A DNA stretch of 12,448 bases from Azolla caroliniana (lineage: Eukaryota; Plantae; Polypodiophyta): contig JBHGNT010001064.1 in NCBI GenBank assembly GCA_043228905.1, positions 1 through 12,448 of the forward strand, written 5' to 3'. The translations under genes and the position numbers were made by a program. Below are positions 1 through 8,839 of this stretch, in pieces. The notes under the pieces were generated by a model. It was not told the origin of the DNA, searched no databases, and saw only the letters and a list, made by a program, of their open reading frames with translations. Position 1 is the stretch's first letter. Every line of letters begins with the position of its first letter.

Positions 1-1
1 T

Positions 2-1558
2 ATGTATGCAAAATGTGGGGCTATTTCAAAAGCAAAAGAAGTGTTTGATGAGCTTCCCTCACAGAATGTGGTCTCCTGGACTACGCTAATTACTGGATAT
101 GTGCAGAATGGAAACACACAAGAAGCATTAAATTGCTTCCAAGAGATGTTTAGCAAGGGCATCTCTCCTAATGTAATTACATTCATTTCCATCTTAAGAG
201 CATGTGGCAACATAAAAGCTCTAGAGAAAGGTCAAGAGATACATACTGAGATTGTGAAAATAGGTTTGCTCGGGAAAAGTAAGTTCTCTGTTGAAAAGTC
301 ACTGGTGGATATGTATGCGAAATGTGGCGCACTTGTAGAAGCACAAGAAGTATTTGCTAAGCTTCCAGGTCAAGATACAAGTACTTGGAATTCATTGATT
401 TCAGGATATTCTCAATATGGGCATAGTGAGAGAGCATTGAACTGCTTTAAACGTATGCAATATAACGGTGTTCGTCCTGATGGAGTGACTTTTGTTTGCA
501 TCTTGAATGCTTGTGGCAACATCAGGGCTGAAGCCCAAGGCAATGCCTTGCATACGCAGATTGTGAATGAGAGATGGTTGGAGAAAGATATCATGGTTGG
601 TAATGCATTGGTAGATATGTATGTAAAATTTCACGCACCAACTAAGGCGCAAGCTGTATTTGATGTTATTCTGGTCCGGAATGTGGTCACTTGGACTTCA
701 TTAATTGCAGGATATGCCCAATATGGATATGGTGAGGAGGCATTGAAATGCTATGATCTGATGCAAGAGCAGGGTATATCTCCAAATACATACACATTTG
801 CTTGCATACTGAAAGCATGTGGCAGCATAGGAGCAGGTTCAAAAGCTCACCATGTACATGCTGCAATCATCCATGACAAGCTCCCAGAAAAAGATATTAG
901 AGTTGGCACTGCATTGGTGGATATGTATGCGAAGTGTGGTGCATTAACAAAAGCTCAGGAAGTCTTCAATGAACTTCCCTTTCAAGACTCGGTCTCATGG
1001 AACTCTTTAATGAGAGGATATGCCCAGATTGGTCACAACGATATTGTCTTTGATTCATTCAAGAAAATGGTAGAACAAGGCATAAAGCCAGATCAAGTCA
1101 CCTTTTCCATTGTTTTAAATGCATGTTGTCATTCAGGTCTTGTAGACAAAGGCCACATGTACTTTGACATGATGAAGATGAGTTATGGTGTAATGCCAAC
1201 TTTAGATCACTACACATGCATGATTGGTCTATATGGCCGGGCTGGGCAATTCGATAAGGCTATGGCCATGATAGAGGAGATGCCATTCCCAGGTGATTTT
1301 AGCATGTGGTGTACACTGCTGGGTGCGTGTCATAAATGGGGTAATGTACAGCTTGGAAGATTAGTCTTTGAGCATGCAATACAGTTTGATGAAAAGAACG
1401 CAGTGCCGTATATTTGTATGAATAATATTTACACTGCTGCTGGCATGCTAGAGGATGCTGAGAAAATTGAAGCCATGAGATTGGAGAAAGATGCAAACAA
1501 CAATACGGGAGACTTGTGGCGGTTTTCGAATATTGAAGGCAGTAAAATATTCTTTTGA
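2..1558 (+). CDS. PLS-class pentatricopeptide repeat protein, E subgroup (putative organellar RNA-editing specificity factor); 5'-partial
   Basis: 518-aa intronless ORF parses as partial S(1-22), [P1-LL-S1]x3 (23-329), P2(330-364), L2(365-400), S2(401-432), E1(433-466), E2(467-500) and an 18-aa tail. Hallmarks include LVDMYAKCG, VVSWTTLI, HYTCMIGLYGRAG and WCTLLGAC. No HxE/CxxC DYW deaminase is present. The first Met is the internal M of a (D)MYAKCG motif, so the real start lies upstream of the window. Confidence 0.95.
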   Translation: MYAKCGAISKAKEVFDELPSQNVVSWTTLITGYVQNGNTQEALNCFQEMFSKGISPNVITFISILRACGNIKALEKGQEIHTEIVKIGLLGKSKFSVEKSLVDMYAKCGALVEAQEVFAKLPGQDTSTWNSLISGYSQYGHSERALNCFKRMQYNGVRPDGVTFVCILNACGNIRAEAQGNALHTQIVNERWLEKDIMVGNALVDMYVKFHAPTKAQAVFDVILVRNVVTWTSLIAGYAQYGYGEEALKCYDLMQEQGISPNTYTFACILKACGSIGAGSKAHHVHAAIIHDKLPEKDIRVGTALVDMYAKCGALTKAQEVFNELPFQDSVSWNSLMRGYAQIGHNDIVFDSFKKMVEQGIKPDQVTFSIVLNACCHSGLVDKGHMYFDMMKMSYGVMPTLDHYTCMIGLYGRAGQFDKAMAMIEEMPFPGDFSMWCTLLGACHKWGNVQLGRLVFEHAIQFDEKNAVPYICMNNIYTAAGMLEDAEKIEAMRLEKDANNNTGDLWRFSNIEGSKIFF

Positions 1559-2362
1559 GGATTGATATTTATAGCATTCATTGATTTATTTTTCCAACCA
1601 AGAGTGGGTGTAGTACAACTCCCAACCCACAATCCATTGCCTTGATCCACTTTCAAATATCCAGCCCCTTTGCTATTCACTCAATCCTCCGAGTGGAGAA
1701 GGGAACAGGATTTACCCATCAAGCTATTAGTAGCTATTAAGGTCCGTCAATTGATACAAATGCATATTTGTTGTGTATATAACGAGAAAATGGGAACTGT
1801 GACATGAGGGATATATATATACCCCCAACCCAATCTATTTAAACGATTGGTAGATAACAAGTATTCCATGAATTTCAATAAAAACATTTATGGGGCAATG
1901 GACTAAACCACCAGGCCATTCATTAATTGGTTTTTGGTCACACTACAATAAAGAGAACATTGACTTCATATACTAAATCTCCATAGCCTATGGCATTGTC
2001 TTGACTGTTCAGGTTTGTGCATGTTAGGTAGTCTTTGAGCAATGGGCAATCCATGCACATCCAACTAACAAGACTCAGACAGAGACCGAAAACCGGCTAC
2101 ATCCCTCTCTGATTGACTTGGTGGGTATATTGTAGCATGTAAAAATCATCAATTTCAGAGACACAAGATTGCCACACAGCGTTACACCTGAGTATTATCA
2201 ACAGTGGATCAATTGCCTTAGCTAATTTGTGCATGAATCAACAGTCGCTCCATTATTTATTGCATGTGGGTGTTGTGTCCATTATGCCATAATTGCTGAA
2301 CTTGAAATATGATACCATAAAATTCCAATTTTTAGCCTGTTTTGGTGACACTTTGTATATGT

Positions 2363-2543
2363 ATGCATTAGGTAAATCTGCCAGAATACTTCTCAGTTTT
2401 TTATTTTTTTGAAAGTTTTGCACTGTCATTGCTTCTAGTTTATCTGTTTTGATGGCATTGCTTCTAGTATATATTCTTGGAATAACTTTGTATCCATAAT
2501 GCATTAGGTATATCAGCCTGAATACTTCTCAGTTTTTTATTTT
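2363..2543. repeat. 45-bp direct repeat (2363-2407 and 2499-2543)
   Basis: ATGCATTAGGTAWATCWGCCWGAATACTTCTCAGTTTTTTATTTT, 42/45 identical, offset 136. A 13-bp repeat CATTGCTTCTAGT (2427-2439, 2456-2468) lies between the copies. Confidence 0.9.
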
Positions 2544-2995
2544 CAAGACCTCTTTCAATGAAATCCTAAAACACCTTTTTACTATTACAATCTACTGCCA
2601 TTGTGATACCCTATCTGGGAGGTTACATGTAGTGTTGAAATCGTGCCTTGAAATCTTTTGGTAATGCATAGAAAACCAAAGACATTTGCTGCACATGCAA
2701 AACCCAAAATAGACAATTGTAAGGAGAAATGGTATTTAAGACGAGTTTCTGATATGATCATATGCAATACATGTACCACAGTTCTAACTATATTTCCTTT
2801 AGATTTTCTAATTATAAAAGTGAGGATATTCTCGTTTCAGATCCACCAATGAACTCAGTCTGATGAAAAAATCAAGAAACTCCCGTTCAAATAGATCAGT
2901 TTTTACATTTCACATAGAGATTTCTGTATATATACATTAAGAGTTTGGAAAATTTGATGAATATAAAGCACTCAGGGATATTAGAAGTGACAGGA

Positions 2996-4132
2996 TTAGT
3001 TAGAAGGGTTTGTCAGCATTCCCTTCAGACTTTTCGTGAGCCAAATCGCAGTTTCCCTTGGGGATACCTGATCTTTGCCAAAAGGCTGAAGGGCAATGTT
3101 CAGCTCATCTAGTTTTTGTTGTTGAAGTAGTTGTGCACAAAGCTCTAGAAGCCCCTCCAAAGCCTCAGCTTTTTGTTTGTATGAGTTTGTGTCTAGCCTC
3201 TTCTCACCATTAAATATGCTGGTATTGATGCTTGAGATTCCTACACGGCTACCTATTAGCATGTCTAATTCTGATCTTTGTAATGACTTCACGTTTATCT
3301 CCGATCTTTGTATCGAATCTATGTCATCAATGCAACTCTGCTGCTGAAAAAACTTACCATCTTGCTGTGTATCCATCCCAATTCTGAAAGTGCTATGCCT
3401 TATCACATGTATCACATCATTGAATGCTGATTTAATATGCCCCGGCAATTTGTCACTTTTTGGAGCATCTACATCTTCAGTTTGAGCTTCATGTTGTGGT
3501 TCAAGGACATTTCCATTCACAGGTGAAGAAGGTTTAAATTTCATATTCTTGGCACATTGTGGTATATTTGAACTTTCTTGATGATGCTCAGCAAAACGCG
3601 AATCTTCACCTACCTTAGATAGAGACTCCTTTTTGTGAGTGTCGGTGGTGGTGTCTTCTGTAGTTTCTTTGCACTGGCAATCATCATATGACAAAGGGAA
3701 CTCAGTAATAAGATCCAGGGGGGATTTGTTCATAAACCGTATAGAGTGATCGTCTGATTTCACACTCTGCCGGAGAGTCCTTGCTTCATCACAGATATAA
3801 TCATCAACTGTGAAAGTACTGTAGTATGAGATTCCTTCTAGATTTTGCCCTTCCAAAATTTTCTCATTTGAAGGTGATGGATCATTCATAGGTGTCGTGT
3901 CATTACTTTGGGAAGAAGAGTCCTCTAAGTTTGCTGTTTCTTCCAAGCCAACTAGTTGAGAGTCCTCTAGAGCAGAGATTCTTCTAGTGATGGAAGGTTT
4001 TGCTGCTGTTGGAGCCCAGCTTCTCCTAATAAGCTTGTTAGGTTGTTTTTCAGCTGCCTGTTCGGTTGGCCATGCAGCATTGCATTCCTCTGATCTTTGC
4101 TTGTTCTGTGGAGATGCTCGTACAGCTGGAGT
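2996..4132 (-). CDS. NEK6: NEK exon 14 (TPAVRASPQ... to the C-terminal coiled-coil region; stop TAA)
   Basis: Acceptor GTGTAG at 4134-4133, phase 0, open and in frame with ORF 2996..3946; contains the conserved plant NEK C-terminal motif. Confidence 0.88.
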   Translation of the reverse strand, partial: TPAVRASPQNKQRSEECNAAWPTEQAAEKQPNKLIRRSWAPTAAKPSITRRISALEDSQLVGLEETANLEDSSSQSNDTTPMNDPSPSNEKILEGQNLEGISYYSTFTVDDYICDEARTLRQSVKSDDHSIRFMNKSPLDLITEFPLSYDDCQCKETTEDTTTDTHKKESLSKVGEDSRFAEHHQESSNIPQCAKNMKFKPSSPVNGNVLEPQHEAQTEDVDAPKSDKLPGHIKSAFNDVIHVIRHSTFRIGMDTQQDGKFFQQQSCIDDIDSIQRSEINVKSLQRSELDMLIGSRVGISSINTSIFNGEKRLDTNSYKQKAEALEGLLELCAQLLQQQKLDELNIALQPFGKDQVSPRETAIWLTKSLKGMLTNPSN

Positions 4133-7100
4133 CTACACACAAGAAACACTATAATTATGATTATAAGAAATCGTATGATTTACCTTTCTAGAAGAGCTTC
4201 CACATACTGCAGCCAACAAGAAATGGAATACAACCTCCTCGATAGTTATTGAGCAATAACAAACACGATGCAATAGATACACCGAGCAGAAAAAACTGTA
4301 TTTTCTAAATCTCACAATGCAAATCTCTACACAGACCCATGTACCCAAAAACAACTGTATTTTAAAGCCTCAAAAGATTCAGCAAGATTTACTCACTGAA
4401 TGCCTCACTTGATTCGGAGGTTGGGGATGTTTTGAGACTCTGTGCTCTCTCTCATCCTTCCCATTTTTTGGTTTTGGCAAATCATTCATTGGACTGGATA
4501 TACGAGGTGGAAGTAAATACTTCTTTGATATGGTTGGATGTCCAACACCTGCCTTTTGCACTCTCTTTCTTGTATTCCTCACTATATGGTCTCCTTCCAA
4601 CTGTAAACGTTGTGTCTGCAAAACAGCAGTATGTTTATTGATCTTATCCTTCCCATGATTATATCCATGCTTGTTGGTACCCGTAGAATGTCCTGGATCA
4701 GAACGTTTCTCATCCCTTTCATACACCCATTTTGACCCACTAAAGACACCAGCGTCTGTCATCTCTTCACTGTGATTTGAAGGTACAGGACCATTACCAA
4801 ATTCACACGAACCTTCAAAACTGCTTTTCCTGCCAGCATCTGAATTTTCACCTCCATCGCTACTCAGAGGAAAGCTATTCTGGTGATGATGATCATGAAC
4901 TTCTTGCTCATCTTTTAGCAACCTTCTTGAGAAATGATTAGGATAAGGGCAAATTGAACTGAAAATTGGGTTGCAAACTTGCTGGCATTTAACTATATAT
5001 GGCTGTAATTGAGGATGCTTCAGCAGCTCTGCAGCCTACAATCATAGCATATTCATGTCATTATAAAGTTATGCCAAGGAATCCTTAGATTATCCAAAAA
5101 TATGTAGCACTAAGAAATCAGAATCATAAAACTCACTGTGGGTCTGTGTTCTGGATTCTTTCGCAGCATACTCTTGATTATACCCTTTCTGCAAATTGAA
5201 GAGCATACAATCAAGCTTGCAAGACATTCTTACCTTCTTAGTGGTATATACAAATACTTACAAGCCAGATGAGTATAAACTGGGTAAATGACAAACGGAG
5301 GACTTGTTTATTTTGTTGATAAGCCCAGTCATATCCTGAAATAGAAAATCAATCAATCTCTCTATGGTAAGATGCAATTCATAGTAACCTTATACTTGGG
5401 TTCAAATCTCACCAATTTACTAAATACTGTGCAGAAGATAGGGGTTTGACACATGACCTTTTGGCCCCTGGTAGACAACCTTACCAACTGAGCTTAACCT
5501 GTTTGGTCTCTCTCTCTTTCTGTGGTTTACCATTTTTACCTTATCATTTCCTTTTGTTCTATCCCATAGTTCATATTAGGCTTCTGAGGATAGTAATATG
5601 TTTCTCGTGTGTACAAACTTATGGATAACCAATAGATAACCTACAAAATCTCTAAGTAGGATAATAATTAGCACGTGACATAGTCGCCAAGGGGGGTTAT
5701 AATGTGACTGTATGTATCATGCGTTTACATTATTATAAACTGAAAAAACGTGAGTTCTGTCCCAAGATTGAACAGAAAAGTTGTTCCCACTTCCAGGCAG
5801 CATGAAAAGACAGGATTCTAAGAAGTTAAGAATTTTCATACACACAAGAGTATGGGGGATATTGGAATACTACAACAAGATCCATAAGCCTAATGCCAAC
5901 AGGATGGCATGTAGACATGTAAAAAATAAGCAGCACTTTCATGTGGCAAGTGGCTGGTAATCAAGGCACCATCCTAAAATGAAATAGCCACGAGGAGGAT
6001 AATGGTATCAAAGTGGCAGTAATCAAATGGTGCTGGATACTACTTCCCCTGCAACTGACATCAGATATACTCAAATCTGGTTTTCTGTTGATTGTGATTA
6101 TTTGGCTTTTCTTCTCCTCTTAGGAGGTATGGATGATAATGGTATCAAAGTGGCAATAATCAAATGGTGCTGCATACTACTTCCGCTCCAACTGACATCA
6201 TATATACCCAAATCTTCACCCAGTCCTGTCACATTCACCAAAACATCAGTCACAGACTACTCTTAGCCAGGACATTGTCACATATATTGGCCCAGCTCAT
6301 CGTGAGATTAAGTCTTTATAGTCCTTGCTATTCTGCTACTGATTAAGTAGGATGAACGCAAAAAATCTTTATTATTTAATAACAATCAAAGTGTTATTAT
6401 GTATATAGGCTTCCATGAGAAAATTTCCCGCAAATCTGCCATAAACACTGAGATTCTGTATATGGCTCTTGATCCAGCCAATGATAAACAAGGAATCATC
6501 AAATTCATGATGTGGCTTTATCATATTCTCCTTCAACTTTTTACTTGATTTCCATGGTTTAAATTGAATCTATCGAACACCATAAATATTTGCCCTCGTT
6601 CCTCAATGGATACACAATGTGTCCACTGACTTGCCCTCATTCCTCAATGGATACACAACGTTTCCCCCATCCAATAGACATGTGCATGTCCACATTCAAA
6701 CATAAAAGAATCCTCAAAAACAATGAGATGAGGGAGCCAAAGATAAGAGAATCTTACAAAAGCCTTGAAGGCTGGCTTATGAGCAGCCATCTCATACATG
6801 CAACAACCTAGGAATAAAATGTTCAAAACCATTAGGATTCATTATCGTGTGATATGAAGACTCGGGAAAAGGCAATAGAATTAATCAAGCTTCTACCCAA
6901 TGACCAGATGTCAGACTTGAATCCATATGGAATATCAGCTAGAAGCTCTGGGCACATGTAATTTGGAGTTCCAACCACCTATAAAACCAGGAATCAGGTT
7001 AAAAAATAACATGAAAACCGAGACATACAGGAAGTATGTATCTTTGGTTATTTATATTATGTGTTTGCAAAGAATTAAACAAATTATCCCTTCCTCGTGA

Positions 7101-8715
7101 ATAAAAATTTCACAGGAATGAACAAGGATGCATGTCATTGTATATAAAGGACCAATAGTTCAATATAAGTAGAGATTTCAAGTGCCCATTTCGCAAGCCC
7201 TTTGTTGGTCTTTAACATCATTACAAAAAGAATGGTGCATCCAATCCAAAGATCTATTTGCTATAATTTCTTACAGATGATGCCAAATCACATTCACTCA
7301 GCATCTTTGCCAACCCAAAGTCACCTACAAAATTCAGAAAGTACCTATTAGCATGAGCTATTCCATGGAAATGATCAAAGTAATTTTTTTAAGATACCTA
7401 GGCGGATGTCCTTCTCCTTTGTTAGGAAAATGTTGGAACACTGCAAGATATAATTCATATGTCAGGTATAAATCTCCACTCAGTATGTTTATGGCTGAAA
7501 AGTTCATCAAACTCTTAAAGGAGCAAACTTTCAAGTCTCGATGCAATATGTGTCTAGAATGCAAGTAATCAACTGCCATTAGGATTTGCACGAACCACTT
7601 GCATAATTTCTGGAAAAAAAGAGGAAACAATGTCATTAATTTAGATGTAGATCATGGAATAAGCTCCAGAAAGGAATTACATAAGTGTTTGTATACGATC
7701 AGTGGAAAACTGGATGAACTTCATTGTCAATTGCCAATCATAAGTAGACGAGATTCACAGAAAGCAATATAGTATGTGTAGACCATTTTTGCTATATCTA
7801 GGCTATTAACCATAGCGATGTTCACACCACCAAGGGTCACCACTGAACTCTAGGTCGTAAACCCACTGTACTAATCTAAAGTAAACATCAATGCTATAAC
7901 AGATTGTATCCTCACCTCCTCTGGGAAAAGTACCCCACTTTGCTTTCTGATTGCTTCAGCCCTGGGCAAAGACAAAGATATCAAAGAAGGTTGATTATTG
8001 GAATTTCATATGATTGCGATAACAATATATGTGTTTCACTTACATGTCACCACCTTCACAATACCCTGTGACAATGCATATGTAGCAGCCCTGCATTGTA
8101 AAGAGTATAAAATGAATGCTTAAAAAGAAGAAATAGTTGTATGTCTTGAGGCTTTACAAGATTTCCACAAAAGGAGACATACTTTCTCTATCCAAGATTC
8201 TTTGTACTCCAAAATGTGTGGATGCTGAACTTTTGATAATAGATCCATCTAAAATAAAAGAGAAGAAATAAAAAATTAACTGGAACAAGCAAATATAACT
8301 ATGAAAAGTTGGTTTCTAGGGAGCTTACCTCCTTACAATAAACGAAAAACCATTAAGACGTATGAATGGAACAAAAACAGATAGAATACTGAAAAAGACT
8401 CTCTATTGAACCTTACCTCTTGATGAGCAGACCTTCTGCATCTGTCTGTTTGCCGAGCAAGCCTAATCTTCTTAAGGACATACCTGAGCAAGGCATTTGA
8501 AAGCATACTGATTGTATATGTATGCATGTAAGGATGGATTGCATGTGTGTATGTATGCATGCATGTTTATATATACGTAGGTTATATTGTAGTGTATTTA
8601 TATAGATAAGCGTGTTTGAAGTAGCTTACCTCTTCTTCTCTGCCCTGTGATTAACCAGAATGGCAGACCCAAAAGCTCCTCTCCCCACCCGCTCCATGAT
8701 CTCATATTGATCCAT
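2996..8715 (-). CDS. NEK6: NIMA-related Ser/Thr kinase, plant NEK6-like (14 coding exons, about 839 aa)
   Basis: Model: join(8715-8630, 8483-8417, 8248-8183, 8090-8044, 7961-7916, 7609-7529, 7440-7398, 7324-7275, 6978-6897, 6807-6758, 5335-5262, 5188-5137, 5035-4397, 4132-2996) = 2520 nt. All introns are GT-AG with compatible phases. Kinase motifs GRGAFG, YVLKK, HRDLK, DFG and GTPNYMCPE are intact. The C-terminus has the plant NEK region AEALEGLLE...PFG...[14 protein letters not shown] and the NEK6-clade-like motif [14 protein letters not shown]. The paralogue name is approximate because NEK5/NEK6 nomenclature varies. Confidence 0.93.
4397..5035 (-). CDS. NEK6: NEK exon 13 ([13 protein letters not shown]... 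start of the disordered regulatory tail)
   Basis: Acceptor TGTAG; in frame with ORF 4379..4921. The donor is TCA|GTGAGT (exon end 4397) or the in-frame CAA|GTGAGG (exon end 4409). Confidence 0.85.
5137..5188 (-). CDS. NEK6: NEK exon 12 ([17 protein letters not shown])
   Basis: Acceptor TTGCAG, donor GTGAGT; subdomain XI Arg. Confidence 0.92.
5262..5335 (-). CDS. NEK6: NEK exon 11 ([25 protein letters not shown])
   Basis: Acceptor TTTCAG after a 1422-nt intron, donor GTAAGT. Confidence 0.92.
5436..5505 (-). mobile_element. Degenerate tRNA-derived (SINE-like) head in NEK intron 10
   Basis: A-box-like AAGCTCAGTTGG(TAAG) at 5495-5484 and B-box-like (AGGTCAT)GTGTCAAACCC at 5452-5442 start 43 nt apart, close to tRNA positions 8 and 52. 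No intact cloverleaf, clear tail or clear TSD. Confidence 0.5.
5998..6215. repeat. 81-bp direct repeat in NEK intron 10 (5998-6078 and 6135-6215)
   Basis: GATAATGGTATCAAAGTGGCA...CAAATCT, 75/81 identical, offset 137. Confidence 0.92.
6590..6665. repeat. Tandem duplication, 41-bp period, in NEK intron 10
   Basis: TTGCCCTCRTTCCTCAATGGATACACAAYGTKTCC at 6590-6624 and 6631-6665, 32/35 identical. Confidence 0.9.
6758..6807 (-). CDS. NEK6: NEK exon 10 ([16 protein letters not shown])
   Basis: Acceptor CCTAG, donor GTAAGA. Confidence 0.93.
6897..6978 (-). CDS. NEK6: NEK exon 9 ([28 protein letters not shown])
   Basis: Acceptor TATAG, donor GTAGAA; P+1 loop and subdomain IX. Confidence 0.93.
7275..7324 (-). 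CDS. NEK6: NEK exon 8 ([16 protein letters not shown])
   Basis: Acceptor TGTAG, donor GTAAGA; DFG motif and activation loop. Confidence 0.93.
7398..7440 (-). CDS. NEK6: NEK exon 7 ([15 protein letters not shown])
   Basis: Acceptor TTGCAG, donor GTATCT. Confidence 0.92.
7529..7609 (-). CDS. NEK6: NEK exon 6 ([27 protein letters not shown])
   Basis: Acceptor TTCCAG, donor GTTTGC (weak); catalytic HRD loop. Confidence 0.92.
7916..7961 (-). CDS. NEK6: NEK exon 5 ([15 protein letters not shown])
   Basis: Acceptor CCCAG, donor GTGAGG; phase 2/0 fits both neighbours. Confidence 0.9.
8044..8090 (-). CDS. NEK6: NEK exon 4 ([16 protein letters not shown])
   Basis: Acceptor TGCAG, donor GTAAGT; hinge region typical of NEKs. 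Confidence 0.93.
8183..8248 (-). CDS. NEK6: NEK exon 3 ([22 protein letters not shown])
   Basis: Acceptor TTTTAG, donor GTATGT; phase 0/0. Confidence 0.92.
8417..8483 (-). CDS. NEK6: NEK exon 2 ([23 protein letters not shown])
   Basis: Acceptor CTCAG, donor GTAAGG; contains the catalytic Lys and alphaC Glu region. Confidence 0.93.
8630..8715 (-). CDS. NEK6: NEK exon 1 ([28 protein letters not shown])
   Basis: ATG at 8715-8713 with an in-frame TAA upstream at 8748-8746; glycine-rich loop; donor AG|GTAAGC. Confidence 0.92.
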
Positions 8716-8839
8716 ATTCCCTAGAGCTAAGTGCAGGCAACTCGATTATGATTCCTTAAAGTTGTATCTCAATCCTGTAAACCCCTGCTCAGTCTTCTGG
8801 AAGGAGCTAGAAATACATGAAACCGAGAGAGCTAGAAAC

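Noticed and set aside
401-2852. Short ORFs antisense to the PPR gene or in the intergenic region
   Set aside because: Shadow or chance ORFs without motifs. The RIDIYSIH reading just after the PPR stop is too weak to call a frameshifted E+ remnant.
4184-4206. Possible micro-exon in NEK intron 13 (CTGCAG|...AAG|GTAAAT)
   Set aside because: At 23 nt it would shift the frame from either strong donor, and it leaves only a 51-nt downstream intron. The model is complete without it.
5436-5505. Functional tRNA gene
   Set aside because: The acceptor and anticodon stems do not pair convincingly and the B box lacks GTTC, so it is kept only as a SINE-like relic.
6003-6151. TGGTATCAAAG in both repeat copies resembles the tRNA-iMet primer-binding site of LTR/TRIM elements
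   Set aside because: Not preceded by an LTR-terminal CA, and I found no TG...CA LTR pair, PPT arrangement or 5-bp TSD.
6129-6200. GGATGA...CTGA resembling a C/D-box snoRNA
   Set aside because: It is antisense to the host intron, the C box is imperfect and differs in the other copy, and I recognised no rRNA guide.
2363-6665. Spaced direct repeats as a CRISPR-like array
   Set aside because: Each repeat has only two copies, the units are unrelated, and the context is a eukaryotic intron or UTR with no cas genes.
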